Source of the DNA: an uncultured delta proteobacterium | GTDB lineage: Bacteria; Desulfobacterota; Desulfobacteria; Desulfobacterales; SG8-13 | Assembly: GCA_963848135.1 (NCBI GenBank) | Contig: CAWKCK010000007.1 | Location: 1 to 64,000, forward strand | Length of the DNA stretch: 64,000 bases | Reading direction: 5' to 3' | Part shown: positions 48,768 to 60,059 of the stretch, piece by piece | Layout: each line of letters starts with the position of its first letter | Position numbering within the stretch: position 1 is the first letter of the stretch | Program-made: the position numbers and the translations under genes | The notes under the pieces: model-generated | Databases searched by the model: none | Seen by the model: the letters and a program-made list of their open reading frames with translations, nothing else | Told to the model about the DNA's origin: nothing

Positions 48768-50156
48768 TTAATCCAGCAGCTTTTTGCGCCGATACCGAAA
48801 GGTGTCGCGGCTGACCCCCAACAGTTTGGCCGCCCGGCTTTCGTTGCCATCCGTGACCCCCAGAGAGGCTTCATAGTAATATTTTTCGATGCCGGCAATA
48901 ATATCGGGCAGATCGATTCCTTCCGGAGCCAAGGCTGGCAGTTGTTTGCCGGTTCCCGCGGCAGATTGTGTCGGGTCCTGTCCCGCCACTTCCATCCCGA
49001 GACTGTCGAGTTGCAGCTCCGGACCGCTTCCGAGAAGTACCGCCCGTTCGATAATGTTCTTTAACTCTCTAACATTACCGGTCCAATGGTGGGCTTTAAA
49101 GACCGCTTCGGCTTCGGTACCGAGACCGGTAAAAGTCTTGCCGAACTTCTCGGCGAATTCAACCAGATAGTGCTTGGCAATGGGAATGATATCCTCTCGG
49201 CGCTGGTTGAGGGAAGGGATTTCGATCTTTATGACTGCCAGGCGGTGATAGAGGTCCTGGCGAAATTTTCCAGCCGCAATCATATCCTCCAACATTTTGT
49301 TCGTGGCGGCGACGATTCGGGTCTGGGCCATACGCTTCTTGGTGCCGCCGACCCGGTAGTACTCGCCCTCTTCGAGGAAACGCAATAGCTTGGCCTGGGC
49401 CTCGAGGCTCAAATCGCCCACTTCATCCAGAAAAAGCGTGCCTTCGGCCGCCTTTTCCACCAAGCCTTCTTTGCCGGCTTTATCGGCGCCGCTGAAGGCA
49501 CCCTTTTCATAACCGAAGAGTTCGCTTTCGATCAGGTCTTTCGGAATAGCGGCACAGTTGACACTGATCATCGGACCTTCAAAATTCGGGCTGCGGTAAT
49601 GAATGGCCTTGGCGATAAGCTCTTTGCCTGTTCCGGTATCACCCAGGATAAGGATCGAGGTGTCCGGACTCTGGGCAACTTTTATCACCACCTCCATGAC
49701 ATCCTGAATGGCGTCGCTTTCACCGATAAACCCAGGCAGGTTTTCCTTGAGGTACTTTTCATGGAGAAGCTGTATCTCCTTGCGCAGTTTGATCGTTTCA
49801 AGGGCATTGCGTACGGTCACCATCAGGGCGTTCATCTGAAGCGGTTTGACCACGTAATCATAGGCACCCCGCTTCATAGCGGAGACCACCGTTTCAACAT
49901 CCTCGTAGGCGGTAATCATGATGACGATGACCTGGGGGTAGAGCTCCTTGATTTTTTTTAGTGCATCGATCCCGCTCATTCCGGGCAGACCGATATCCAG
50001 AAGAATCAAGTCGGGGGGCGGCTCACTCAATATCGTTTCGATGGTGTCCTCGGCATTGGAAAAGCCTTGGATCTTGTAACGCTTTCGAAGCGCCAGCACA
50101 ACGCCCTCTCGGGCCACTTTCTCGTCATCCACAACGTACACTTTGAACGATGTCAT
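48768..50156 (-). CDS. NtrC-family sigma54-dependent response regulator
   Basis: REC, GDTGTGKE, ESELFGYEKGAFSGA, LFLDEV, GNVREL and a Fis HTH. Confidence 0.95.
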   Translation of the reverse strand: MTSFKVYVVDDEKVAREGVVLALRKRYKIQGFSNAEDTIETILSEPPPDLILLDIGLPGMSGIDALKKIKELYPQVIVIMITAYEDVETVVSAMKRGAYDYVVKPLQMNALMVTVRNALETIKLRKEIQLLHEKYLKENLPGFIGESDAIQDVMEVVIKVAQSPDTSILILGDTGTGKELIAKAIHYRSPNFEGPMISVNCAAIPKDLIESELFGYEKGAFSGADKAGKEGLVEKAAEGTLFLDEVGDLSLEAQAKLLRFLEEGEYYRVGGTKKRMAQTRIVAATNKMLEDMIAAGKFRQDLYHRLAVIKIEIPSLNQRREDIIPIAKHYLVEFAEKFGKTFTGLGTEAEAVFKAHHWTGNVRELKNIIERAVLLGSGPELQLDSLGMEVAGQDPTQSAAGTGKQLPALAPEGIDLPDIIAGIEKYYYEASLGVTDGNESRAAKLLGVSRDTFRYRRKKLLD

Positions 50157-51676
50157 TGAATTTGTGTCCTTTTATCTATGGGCAGCTCAATCGTGAATTT
50201 GGCCCCGCCTCTTTCATTGCCCTCAACGATAATTGCACCTCTGTGATCGTTGAGGATGCGCAACGATATGGCAAGCCCGATTCCCGAGCCGTCGCTCTCT
50301 GTTGTAAAAAACGGATCGAAGATCTTCTCGCGAATGCTGATGGGAATTCCCGGTCCAGTGTCGGAAATACTGAGATAGATGTTCTGATCTTTGGAAAAGG
50401 AACGCATCTCGAGGCGCTTGAAGCCGTTTTTCTTTTCCATGGCATTAACGGCATTGTCGATGAGATTCAAGACCACTTGCTCGATCAGATGCGCATCCCC
50501 GTAACACTTCGGCAGATTCGGCGCCAGATCGATGTCGACCTCGATCCCTTTCTTCCGCAGGATGGCCGCCGATAAATTGAGTGCTTCCTGCATGGGAAGG
50601 TTCATATTGATCAGCGACATGGTGGGAGCGCCGGGCCGAGAAAAATCGAGAACTCGCTTGATGACCGACTCTATCTTATTGGAGGCGCCCTGAACCTGAT
50701 GAACAATTTGACGCATCATCCCGATATCTTCCGAATCGAGCTCATCCGAATCCAGCAGGTCTTCGAGGGTAAACAGGTAGGAATTGATGCCGGTGAGGGG
50801 ATTTCGGATTTCGTGAGCAATCCCGGCGGCCACACGGCCCAGGGAAATCATTTTGCTTTTTACCCGGAGAAAGTGCTCCAATTCCTGCGACCGGGTGATA
50901 TCCATTAAATTTATCAGAATGGCATCGTCCCCCCGATAGGTGAAGCAACTGGCCCGGCAATGGAGCCAGCGAAAATCACTGGTCGTCTTATCGCTGCCCG
51001 CAGGATAAATACGGAAATCGGCTTCCACGGTCTTTTCTTTACCCTCAATGAGGCGCCGGTAACAGCCCGTGACCTTTTCGACATCATCCGCGTGGATGAA
51101 GTTTATGAGTGTATTCGGAGCGACGTTAGCGAACAACCGGTAAATTTTTTCCTGTTCTGGATTCTGATAGATAATTCGGTTTTTCTGAATGATGCATATA
51201 CCGATCAGCGAATTCTCAACTAGGGCCCGGAAACGCTCCTCGCTCTCGCGCAGCGCGACCTCCGAGCGCCGTCGGGCCTTGTCAAGTTCCCGGTGATCGA
51301 GCGCGTTCTTGACCGTTTTTGTCAGGTCTTCGATCCGTATCGGTTTGCGAAGATACCCGTAGGCACCACTTTTAAGGGCCTCGACAGCCGTTTCGATCGT
51401 CGCATCGCCGGTGATCATGATAACGAGCGTTTCCGCAGAGTATTTTCTAACCTCAGCCAGGATCTGAAATCCGTCCATATCCGGCAGGTTGATGTCCAGA
51501 AAAACGAGGTCAAAACCTTTATCACGGATATCGGCCAGCGCTTTAGCCCCCTCACTGCACGTCGCCACGCGGTGTCCTTGAAAACTGAGCAATCCCTTAA
51601 GGGTGTCGCAAACGATAGGTTCGTCATCTACGATCAATATGTCGGCGGTGTTGGAAACATTAACCTGCGTGTTCAT
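50153..51676 (-). CDS. hybrid histidine kinase REC-PAS-HisKA-HATPase
   Basis: VDDE..LDINLP, AHEIRNP, N box, DTGPG and GIGL. Start may be upstream. Confidence 0.93.
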   Translation of the reverse strand: MNTQVNVSNTADILIVDDEPIVCDTLKGLLSFQGHRVATCSEGAKALADIRDKGFDLVFLDINLPDMDGFQILAEVRKYSAETLVIMITGDATIETAVEALKSGAYGYLRKPIRIEDLTKTVKNALDHRELDKARRRSEVALRESEERFRALVENSLIGICIIQKNRIIYQNPEQEKIYRLFANVAPNTLINFIHADDVEKVTGCYRRLIEGKEKTVEADFRIYPAGSDKTTSDFRWLHCRASCFTYRGDDAILINLMDITRSQELEHFLRVKSKMISLGRVAAGIAHEIRNPLTGINSYLFTLEDLLDSDELDSEDIGMMRQIVHQVQGASNKIESVIKRVLDFSRPGAPTMSLINMNLPMQEALNLSAAILRKKGIEVDIDLAPNLPKCYGDAHLIEQVVLNLIDNAVNAMEKKNGFKRLEMRSFSKDQNIYLSISDTGPGIPISIREKIFDPFFTTESDGSGIGLAISLRILNDHRGAIIVEGNERGGAKFTIELPIDKRTQIQ

Positions 51677-52214
51677 GGATTCGAAAACTCCGGAAAATTT
51701 TAAATACACGGCACCCGGCCATGCTAAGATGTTGACATTCCTCCCAGATTGCTCGGTTTGGCGCACACCGAAATTCTCTCAGGGGTCGCCCCGTGACACA
51801 GCAAACCACTCAATCACATCTATTTTAATAAAAATTTATATATTAATCAAGATCTTATAGAATTTATCCCTCGATATTCGCAAAACAAACGCCCCGCTCG
51901 CCGGCTTCAGGAAGTATGAACATTCACCGGCAAGCCCAACGTAAATCTCGATCACGGATTCGGGCGCCGACTTTTTAGATGAAAATTTACTGCCATATGA
52001 TTCAAAACGACAGATGAATAACCAGTAAGTTTTTGCAATTATTGTTTATATGTTGTATGGTGACTTATGATGATGTGCACAGAATGGGCTTGTCGGGAAG
52101 CGTTGGATTTAGGCAAAATGGTGCCGTTATAATTGGCATGGCGACAGCCCGCTCGGGTAAAAGCATACTGCCGTCGAAATTTTGCACGGCGATGACCGAT
52201 GAACGCGGGAAACC

Positions 52215-54209
52215 ATGAAAATCCTGATTGCTGGCAGTGAGCAACATGGCATCGAGTTGAACGTGTTTTTGAAAGCGCAAGGCCATCAGACAACCCGAGA
52301 AACCAATGGCCTAAATGCCCTCGACCGACTGCGCAGCGAGCCATATGACGCCATTATCGCCGAGAGTCGAATGTCGGGAATGGATGGGCTCGAGCTTTGC
52401 GCTATTATCAGGTCCGATCACCGGCTAAAAGGACTCCCCATCCTCCTCTATCGCTCAGAGGCGGCAGTATCCAATGACCGCGAAATTGCGCAACGTCTCG
52501 GCGCACGATGGGTCAGTTCAATACCGGACGGTTCTGACGCCGTGCTCGCCGCGCTGGAGGAGCTTTCCGGTCGCCTTGGCAAAGACGCCTCCGAAGATGG
52601 AAAAGAATCACAGGTTGAGATGAATGCCTGGATACTCAACAGAATGGAGGAAAAAGCGCGGCAGCTCCAGCAAACGCAGAAGCAAATCCGATTCTTTAAA
52701 ACGGCCGTTGAAAAGGCATCTGAAATGATTGCTGTCACGGACAGTGACGGCACGATCGAATATATCAATCCGGCGTTCGAAAACATCACCGGCTATGCGC
52801 ACCACGAGCTGATCGGAAGTAACCCGCGGATATTGAAAAGCGGCCGGCAGGATACGCTGTTTTATCAGGAACTCTGGCGGACCATTACGCGGGGTGAGCC
52901 TTGGCACGGCTTTTTCGTCAACCGTCGAAAGGACGGCTCCCAGTACAGGGAAGAAGCTGTCATCGTACCCGTGGCCAACAGTAATGGACACATTCACAAT
53001 TACGTCACCATCAAACGCGACGTCACCCAGGAAAGCCGGCTGCAGCGTCAACTGATCCAATCCCAAAAAATGGAAGCGATTGGCACCCTGGCCGGTGGCA
53101 TTGCCCACGATTTCAACAACATCCTCTCGGCCATCCTGGGCTTTGCGGAGCTGGCCCTCTTCGACCTCCCGGAGGGCAGTCACAGCCACGAAGACGTTTC
53201 CGAAGTCATTAAAGCCGGAAACCGGGCCAAAGACCTCGTCAGACAAATCCTGACATTCAGCCGCAAGACGGAACAGGAATTTAAGCCGATCGATATCGTT
53301 CCACTTTTGTCGGAAGCCCTCAAATTCCTGCGGGCGACACTGCCCTCAACCATTGAAATCTGCAACCAATTCGACGTCGAGCGAACTGAAGTCCTTTGCA
53401 ATCCAACCATGATCCAGCAAATCCTGATGAACTTGTGCACCAATGCCGCCCACGCAATGAAAAAGACCGGTGGGGTGCTGACGGTCAACTTGCTGGAGAC
53501 CGAAGTGGACGTCGGCGGCATCGACAAACACCGGGAATTGCCGCCCGGACCTTACGTGCAACTGACGATCGGCGACACGGGGCCCGGAATCGAACCCGCT
53601 ATCATGGGGCGCATATACGATCCGTACTTTACCACCAAGGAAAAGGGTGAGGGAACCGGTTTGGGCCTTTCCGTGGTACACGGCATCATCCAGTCATTGA
53701 AAGGTGCCGTGGCAATGGAAAGTGAACCCGGCAAAGGCACCGTATTCAACGTCTACCTGCCCCGCGTCATCGGTGTGCCGGAATCGGATGCTGCTCAACC
53801 GCAGTCCTTACCCACCGGAAACGAGCGGATTCTTCTGGCAGATGATGAAGACGCACTGGCCACGATGGGGCGGTTGATGCTCGACCGACTGGGCTATCAA
53901 GTCACCGTAAAAACAGACAGTTACGAGGCTCTGAACACCTTCCGGTCCCAACCGGATCAGTTCGACCTGATCATTTCCGATAAGACGATGCCCCGAATGA
54001 CCGGCTTCGATCTGGCCGAAGAGATCAAAAAAATTCGGCCTGATGTACCGATCATCATCTGCACCGGATACAGCGACGAAACTGAGGCAAACAAAGCCGT
54101 ACGGCTGGGCATCAGCCGCCTTATCGTTAAACCGCTGAGTATGGACGAGCTGGCCATAGCTGTTCGATCGGCACTGGACGGCGCCGCAAAGAAACCCCGG
54201 CAACAGTAG
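52215..54209 (+). CDS. hybrid histidine kinase pseudoREC-PAS-HisKA-HATPase-REC
   Basis: [22 protein letters not shown] and a C-terminal REC (DKTMP). Confidence 0.94.
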   Translation: MKILIAGSEQHGIELNVFLKAQGHQTTRETNGLNALDRLRSEPYDAIIAESRMSGMDGLELCAIIRSDHRLKGLPILLYRSEAAVSNDREIAQRLGARWVSSIPDGSDAVLAALEELSGRLGKDASEDGKESQVEMNAWILNRMEEKARQLQQTQKQIRFFKTAVEKASEMIAVTDSDGTIEYINPAFENITGYAHHELIGSNPRILKSGRQDTLFYQELWRTITRGEPWHGFFVNRRKDGSQYREEAVIVPVANSNGHIHNYVTIKRDVTQESRLQRQLIQSQKMEAIGTLAGGIAHDFNNILSAILGFAELALFDLPEGSHSHEDVSEVIKAGNRAKDLVRQILTFSRKTEQEFKPIDIVPLLSEALKFLRATLPSTIEICNQFDVERTEVLCNPTMIQQILMNLCTNAAHAMKKTGGVLTVNLLETEVDVGGIDKHRELPPGPYVQLTIGDTGPGIEPAIMGRIYDPYFTTKEKGEGTGLGLSVVHGIIQSLKGAVAMESEPGKGTVFNVYLPRVIGVPESDAAQPQSLPTGNERILLADDEDALATMGRLMLDRLGYQVTVKTDSYEALNTFRSQPDQFDLIISDKTMPRMTGFDLAEEIKKIRPDVPIIICTGYSDETEANKAVRLGISRLIVKPLSMDELAIAVRSALDGAAKKPRQQ

Positions 54210-54265
54210 AAATACTCATCTTCTGAATACATTCTGGCCTGACCAATACGAAAGAGATAAAAGTC

Positions 54266-54565
54266 ATGAGCGTAATCGTCGATGTCTCGATTTTCCCAAC
54301 CGACAAGGGACCAAGCGTCAGTCCGTATGTGGCCCGGGTCCTTAAAATCATCAAGGCCAGCGGCTTGCCTTACCAGTTGACTCCCATGGGAACCTGTATC
54401 GAAGGTGAGTGGTCGACCGTCATGGCCGTGGTCGACGACTGTTTTCAGGAACTAAAATCCGATTGCAGCCGCGTCTATATTTCGCTTAAGGTGGATTACA
54501 GAAAAGGCCGCACTGACGGCCTGCACCGCAAGGTCGCCTCCGTGGAGACAAAGCTCTCTCCTTAA
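54266..54565 (+). CDS. MTH1187 / thiamine-binding family protein
   Basis: SVSPYVA, LTPMGTCIEGE and KVDYR. Confidence 0.9.
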   Translation: MSVIVDVSIFPTDKGPSVSPYVARVLKIIKASGLPYQLTPMGTCIEGEWSTVMAVVDDCFQELKSDCSRVYISLKVDYRKGRTDGLHRKVASVETKLSP

Positions 54566-54669
54566 ATTCAGCTCTAATAAATCCCACCTTGACATTCGGA
54601 CCACATTTGTTGTCAATATAAGCCCTGCTGGAAAAACGCTATCAAACATGCGCGCCAAGGTGCCCTCTG

Positions 54670-55320
54670 ATGCCTCCCCCTCCCCAAACGCTCGAAAAAA
54701 TACATGATTATTTTTCCGCCTGGTCCGACGATCTCGGCAATCTCACGGGTATTGAGAGCAAAATAAATTATTGCCGCGCAAGAATCCCGGAGTTCCTTTT
54801 GAACCGATCGCTGATTGCCGATATCCTTCACGGCATATCTTCCGTTGCGAAAAACAGCGCTCACAGTCATCGCATGCTTTTCGACAATGAGTGGCTGATC
54901 CATATGGATACCCGGCGACGATTTTCCGTTCGTATGTATCTTCATGCGCCGGGGAACCATACCGTGGTTCACGACCACAGTTCATGGGGGGTATTGGGCA
55001 ACCCTTCCGGTATCATGGAGATCATCAAGTTCGACAGGCAAGATGACGGTAAAATCGAAGGGTATGCCCGCCTCACAAAGACGGAGCGCATCCGGTGCCT
55101 GCCAGGCCAAACCGATTTCACCCTGCCGCTCGACGAAGGCATCCATCGGGTCGGCAATCCCACAAACCGGACCATCGTAATCATCAACGTATACGGAACG
55201 CCGATGCGAAGGCTGTATATCAATCACTTTGATCTCGAGCAGAACCGGGTGACCAGGACTTATCCTCCCCGGTTGGCGCGGCGCATGCTGGCAGCCGATG
55301 CGCTCAAAACTCTCGTATAG
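54670..55320 (+). CDS. cysteine-dioxygenase-like cupin
   Basis: VHDHSSWG, GIHRVGN and NVYG. Confidence 0.8.
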   Translation: MPPPPQTLEKIHDYFSAWSDDLGNLTGIESKINYCRARIPEFLLNRSLIADILHGISSVAKNSAHSHRMLFDNEWLIHMDTRRRFSVRMYLHAPGNHTVVHDHSSWGVLGNPSGIMEIIKFDRQDDGKIEGYARLTKTERIRCLPGQTDFTLPLDEGIHRVGNPTNRTIVIINVYGTPMRRLYINHFDLEQNRVTRTYPPRLARRMLAADALKTLV

Positions 55321-55355
55321 CCCGAATTTATAATTTTCTTGCTGAGATTTTACTC

Positions 55356-56954
55356 ATGACCCTCTTTTCGGCAGACGCATTCTCAACTTATCCATTCCCC
55401 TCCCGGCGAATGCCGGTATTTGCCCGCAATGTCGTCGCCACATCACAGCCTTTGGCCGCCCAGGCGGGTCTGGACATGCTGCGGTGCGGCGGAAACGCCG
55501 TCGACGCTGCTCTGGCCACCGCCATCGCACTGACGGTTGTCGAACCCACGGGCAACGGAATCGGCAGCGACGCTTTTGCTCTCATCTGGGATGGTCGGAA
55601 ACTCCACGGCCTCAACGGTTCCGGACGATCGCCCTCCCGCTGGTCACCGCAGTGGTTTGCCGGCCATGAGGTCATGCCCGAGCGCGGATGGGACACGGTC
55701 ACAGTGCCTGGTGCGGTGAACGCCTGGGCGACCCTGTCAAAGAGATTCGGCAAGCTTCCGTTCGAACAGCTCTTCGCACCCGCCATTCGTTATGCCGCAA
55801 GGGGATTTATTGTCACACCGTCAGTGGGGGCCATATGGTCGGAGGCTAAAACTCTCTTAGGTGATTTTGCCGAGTTTGCCAAAATATTTCTTCCCGGCGG
55901 CGGCTCGCCAGCCACCGGGGAACTTTTCACCTGCCCCTGGCAGGCAGAGACCCTGCGAAAAATTGCCGCCACCTCCGGCGAGACTCTTTACCGGGGCGAA
56001 CTGGCGCATCAAATCGCCGCCCAGGCGGCGGCCGAAGGCGGGGCCCTGGGAATCGAAGACCTGGCGAGACACACCTCGGAATGGGTAACGCCCCTCTCAC
56101 AGGAATACCATGGCATCACCCTGCATGAAATTCCACCCAATGGGCAGGGTCTGGCCGCCCTGATGGCCCTTGGAATTCTTCGCCATCTGGACATCCGTCA
56201 ATATCCCATGGACTCCGCCGATAGCATCCATCTTCAAATCGAAGCCATGAAAATTGCATTTGCGGAGACCTGGCGCTGCATCGCTGATCCGGTATCCATG
56301 ACCGTCGACCCGCAAGACTTGCTCAGCGACTCTTTTCTGTCACGTTGTGCCGAAACGATCCGAATGGATCGAGCACACCTGTCACCTGCCGACTATCGCA
56401 CCGACGGTGGGACCGTTTATTTGAGTGCGGCAGACGAGAGGGGAATGATGGTCTCCTTTATCCAGTCCAATTATTTGGGATTTGGCTCGGGCATCGTCAT
56501 CAAAGACACGGGGATCAGCCTGCAAAATCGCGGGCGCGGCTTCACTCTCGCGGCGGGTCATCCGAACCGCATCGCCGGCAACAAACGTCCCTGCCACACA
56601 ATTATTCCCGGCTTTATTACCCGTAACGGCCAACCTCTGGTCAGTTTCGGCGTTATGGGTGCCTTGATGCAACCCCAAGGACATGTCCAACTGGTGGTAC
56701 GGATGGTCGACTACGGTCTCAATCCCCAAGCGGCCTGTGACGCACCGCGCTGGTACGTGGCGGAAGACTTTCGGATCGCTTTGGAGCCCAATCTGCAAAA
56801 AAAAGTTGTCGCGGATCTGGCCGGGCGCGGACACCGTTTGATGCCCGATCCGCCGACGCGACTATTTGGCGGCGCCCAGCTGGTCGCATGCCTGCCGGAT
56901 GGTTATTGCGGTGCCTCTGATCACCGTAAGGACGGTCAGGCCGTAGGATTTTAG
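55356..56954 (+). CDS. ggt: gamma-glutamyltransferase family protein (YwrD-like)
   Basis: GGNAVDAA, PPNGQG, GTVYL nucleophile Thr, LQNRG, HTIIP and DHRKDG. Confidence 0.93.
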   Translation: MTLFSADAFSTYPFPSRRMPVFARNVVATSQPLAAQAGLDMLRCGGNAVDAALATAIALTVVEPTGNGIGSDAFALIWDGRKLHGLNGSGRSPSRWSPQWFAGHEVMPERGWDTVTVPGAVNAWATLSKRFGKLPFEQLFAPAIRYAARGFIVTPSVGAIWSEAKTLLGDFAEFAKIFLPGGGSPATGELFTCPWQAETLRKIAATSGETLYRGELAHQIAAQAAAEGGALGIEDLARHTSEWVTPLSQEYHGITLHEIPPNGQGLAALMALGILRHLDIRQYPMDSADSIHLQIEAMKIAFAETWRCIADPVSMTVDPQDLLSDSFLSRCAETIRMDRAHLSPADYRTDGGTVYLSAADERGMMVSFIQSNYLGFGSGIVIKDTGISLQNRGRGFTLAAGHPNRIAGNKRPCHTIIPGFITRNGQPLVSFGVMGALMQPQGHVQLVVRMVDYGLNPQAACDAPRWYVAEDFRIALEPNLQKKVVADLAGRGHRLMPDPPTRLFGGAQLVACLPDGYCGASDHRKDGQAVGF

Positions 56955-57049
56955 CCCAAACCTTTCGTGACAATTTCTGGCTGTCCGATCAGCATCGAAG
57001 GCGTGACAATGGGTGATAACATCATTACTATTTCAATAGAGGAGGAAAA

Positions 57050-57436
57050 ATGAAAGATCCGTTTAAGACCCATGGGGCCTTCAGTTGGAACGAACTGGTG
57101 ACGAGCGATCCCGCCGCAGCCAAGGCCTTCTATCGAAAGCTGCTGGGCTGGGAATTGGAAGAAATGAACATGGAAAACATGACCTATACCGTTGTAAAGG
57201 CCGACGGTGACGGCATCGGTGGTATCATGGGCATCCCGCCCGAAGCGTCGGGGACACCACCGCACTAGGGGGCTTACATTACCGTCGATAACGTCGATCA
57301 AACGGCCCGTTCAGCCGAAACGCTGGGCGGCAAAATCATGGTGGCACCACAGGACATCCCCGGCGTCGGCCGGTTTGCCGTGATCCAGGATCCTCAGGGC
57401 GCCCTCATCTCTCTGATCACCTATTCCATGGAGTGA
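57050..57436 (+). pseudogene. VOC/glyoxalase family protein with internal TAG (57266-57268)
   Basis: FSWNEL..FY..LLGW...PPH*GAYITVDNVD...DIPGVGRFAVIQDPQGA. The frame continues to TGA at 57434-57436. Confidence 0.88.
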
Positions 57437-57625
57437 CACCGCTGATGACTGGCAATAAAAACCGCCGAGGCCACCTAAAAAATCCTTTACAAGCGCGAGG
57501 GCTTTTTCTAAGCTGCAGTAAAGAATAAAGCAACCACTTGGGCCGAATACGTGTATCGGCAACCATTCTCACCTCCAACGATCGGTCAATCCAACCCTCA
57601 ATCAGACACCATTAGGGAGTAGACT

Positions 57626-59353
57626 ATGGAACACCAGTATGACGTCGTTATCGTGGGCGCCGGTTTAGCCGGATTGCGGGCTGCCATAGAGTTGGGCGAA
57701 GGAACCAAAGTCGCCGTCCTGAGCAAGGTTTTTGCCACCCGATCCCATTCCGGGGCTGCCCAGGGCGGCATCGGTGCTGCCTTGGGAAATGAAGAAGAGG
57801 ACAACTGGGAATGGCACATGTTCGATACGGTCAAGGGCAGTGATTATCTCGGCGACCAGGACGCCATCGAGATCATGACCAGAGATGCCCCGCTGACCGT
57901 CTATGAACTCGAGCACATGGGCGTGCCGTTCAATAGAACACCGGAGGGAAAAATTGCCCAACGGGCGTTTGGGGGCCACACTAGTGAATTCGGCAAAGCG
58001 GCGGTAAAAAGGGCCTGTTTCGCCGCCGACCGCACCGGCCGGGTCATCCTGGATACGCTGTGGGAGAAATGCTTGCAGCGCGGCATCGAGTTCTTCAATG
58101 AGTTTCAAATGCTTTCCCTCATCACCAAGGATGGACACTGCTGTGGCCTGACGGCTTATGAAATGGCGACCGGCGAAATCCACGTATTCAGCAGCAAGTC
58201 CGTATTGTTGGCCACCGGCGGCGCCGGTAAAATTTTCAAAACGACTTCCAATGCACTGGCTTCCACCGGTGACGGGCTGGCCATCGCCTACCGCGCCGGT
58301 GCCCCCCTGGAGGACATGGAATTCATCCAGTTTCATCCTACCGGAATTTATAAGCTGGGCATTCTCATCAGCGAAGCCGCGCGGGGTGAAGGCGGCATCT
58401 TGCGTAACAGCAAAGGTGAACGTTTCATGGAACGCTACGCACCGACCATAAAAGACCTGGCACCGCGTGACATGGTCTCCCGGTGTATTCTTAAGGAGGT
58501 GCGTGCCGGCCATGGAATTGATGGCAAAGATTACGTCAACCTCGATCTCACCCACCTGGGAGAGGAGGTCATCGGCGAGAAACTGATGGAAATCACCGAG
58601 TTTGCCAAAACATACGCCGGCGTGGATGCCCGCAAGGAACCAATACCGGTCCAGCCGACCTGTCACTACATGATGGGCGGAATCGCAACCGACGTCGACG
58701 CCCGAGTGGTTGTCGATGCCGATAGCACCCCCTTCCCAGGGCTTTACGCTGCCGGCGAATGCGCCTGCGTTTCGGTACACGGTGCCAACCGGCTGGGCTG
58801 CAACTCGTTGCTGGACACCCTGGTGTTCGGGCGCAGGGCCGGTAAGGAGATCCGCAAATTTGTCCACGCCTCTGGATATATCAAGGTCCCCTCGGACCTG
58901 GAAGATCTTGAGGCCGCCAAAATAAGGTTCCTGATGGAGAAAAACGGTACGGAAAAACTCGGCCCGATCCAGCAGGAGATGCAGGCTGTCATGATGAACA
59001 ACGTCTCGGTCTTTCGCCAAAAGGATGAACTGGCTGAAGCGCTGGAGACTCTCCGCGCACTCAAGAAACGCTACCAAAATGTCAGCGTGACCGACAAGGG
59101 CAGCTGTTTCAACCGCGACCTGCTGGACACTCTTGAGCTGGGCCACATGTTGGACCTGGCAGAGGTCATGACCCTTGGCGCCTTGCACCGGGAAGAGAGT
59201 CGCGGTGCGCATTTCCGCGAGGACTTCCCTGACCGGGACGACCAGAAATTCATGGCCCACACCTTGGTCCGCTTCAACCCGCAGGAGGGCCCCCAGTTGG
59301 ATACCAAGCCGGTCACCATCACCCGCTTTGAACCCAAAGAGAGGAAGTATTAG
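57626..59353 (+). CDS. sdhA: succinate dehydrogenase/fumarate reductase flavoprotein
   Basis: GAGLAG, RSHSGAAQGG, QFHPT, SEAARGEGG, HYMMGG and HGANRLG. Confidence 0.96.
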   Translation: MEHQYDVVIVGAGLAGLRAAIELGEGTKVAVLSKVFATRSHSGAAQGGIGAALGNEEEDNWEWHMFDTVKGSDYLGDQDAIEIMTRDAPLTVYELEHMGVPFNRTPEGKIAQRAFGGHTSEFGKAAVKRACFAADRTGRVILDTLWEKCLQRGIEFFNEFQMLSLITKDGHCCGLTAYEMATGEIHVFSSKSVLLATGGAGKIFKTTSNALASTGDGLAIAYRAGAPLEDMEFIQFHPTGIYKLGILISEAARGEGGILRNSKGERFMERYAPTIKDLAPRDMVSRCILKEVRAGHGIDGKDYVNLDLTHLGEEVIGEKLMEITEFAKTYAGVDARKEPIPVQPTCHYMMGGIATDVDARVVVDADSTPFPGLYAAGECACVSVHGANRLGCNSLLDTLVFGRRAGKEIRKFVHASGYIKVPSDLEDLEAAKIRFLMEKNGTEKLGPIQQEMQAVMMNNVSVFRQKDELAEALETLRALKKRYQNVSVTDKGSCFNRDLLDTLELGHMLDLAEVMTLGALHREESRGAHFREDFPDRDDQKFMAHTLVRFNPQEGPQLDTKPVTITRFEPKERKY

Positions 59354-59354
59354 G

Positions 59355-60059
59355 ATGAAATCAACCTTTACCATCTTTCGCTTCGACCCTGCGGTTGATA
59401 AGCAGCCCCGTTACCAGGAATATGCCATCGATGTCGAACCCACGGACAAGATACTGGACTGTTTGAACAGAATCCGGTTCGAACAAGATCCGACACTGGT
59501 CTATCGCGCATCTTGCTCCCACGGCATTTGCGGCTCGGACGCCATGGTCATCAATGGCCACATTGGCCTCGCCTGCCAAAAACTGGTGCGGGATTTCAAG
59601 ACAGCTAACAATTTCGTGATCGAACCGCTACCGCTGTTCAACGTTATCAAGGACCTGATTGTCGATCTGAATCCTTTTTTTGAAAAACACCGTTTTGTCA
59701 GGCCGTATTTGATCAATGACGACCCGGTACCGAAAACCGAACGCCGCCAGAGCGCCGGAGAACAGAAAACGATCGAACCGGCTTTGCGCTGCATCCTGTG
59801 TGCCTCCTGTACATCATCCTGCCCCATTTCCCGGGCCAACCCGAATTATCTCGGTCCGGCGGCCCTGCTGCGGGCCTTTCGGTATATCTGCGACTCCCGC
59901 GATACAGCCAAGGGAAGTCGACTGGCGCAAGTGGACACTGATGACGGGGCCTGGGGATGCAAAACAATGTGGTGGTGCACGGACGTCTGCCCAAAGGGGA
60001 TTCCAGTCACAAAGTGCATCGGCCAGATCAAGAGAGCCATTAAGCAGAAGGAGGCTTAA
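59355..60059 (+). CDS. sdhB: succinate dehydrogenase/fumarate reductase Fe-S subunit
   Basis: SCSHGICGSD..LAC, CILCASCTSSCP and CKTMWWCTDVCP. Confidence 0.95.
   Translation: MKSTFTIFRFDPAVDKQPRYQEYAIDVEPTDKILDCLNRIRFEQDPTLVYRASCSHGICGSDAMVINGHIGLACQKLVRDFKTANNFVIEPLPLFNVIKDLIVDLNPFFEKHRFVRPYLINDDPVPKTERRQSAGEQKTIEPALRCILCASCTSSCPISRANPNYLGPAALLRAFRYICDSRDTAKGSRLAQVDTDDGAWGCKTMWWCTDVCPKGIPVTKCIGQIKRAIKQKEA

Noticed and set aside
57665..59374. 569-aa minus-strand ORF
   Set aside because: Antisense to sdhA, a codon-bias artefact with no motifs.
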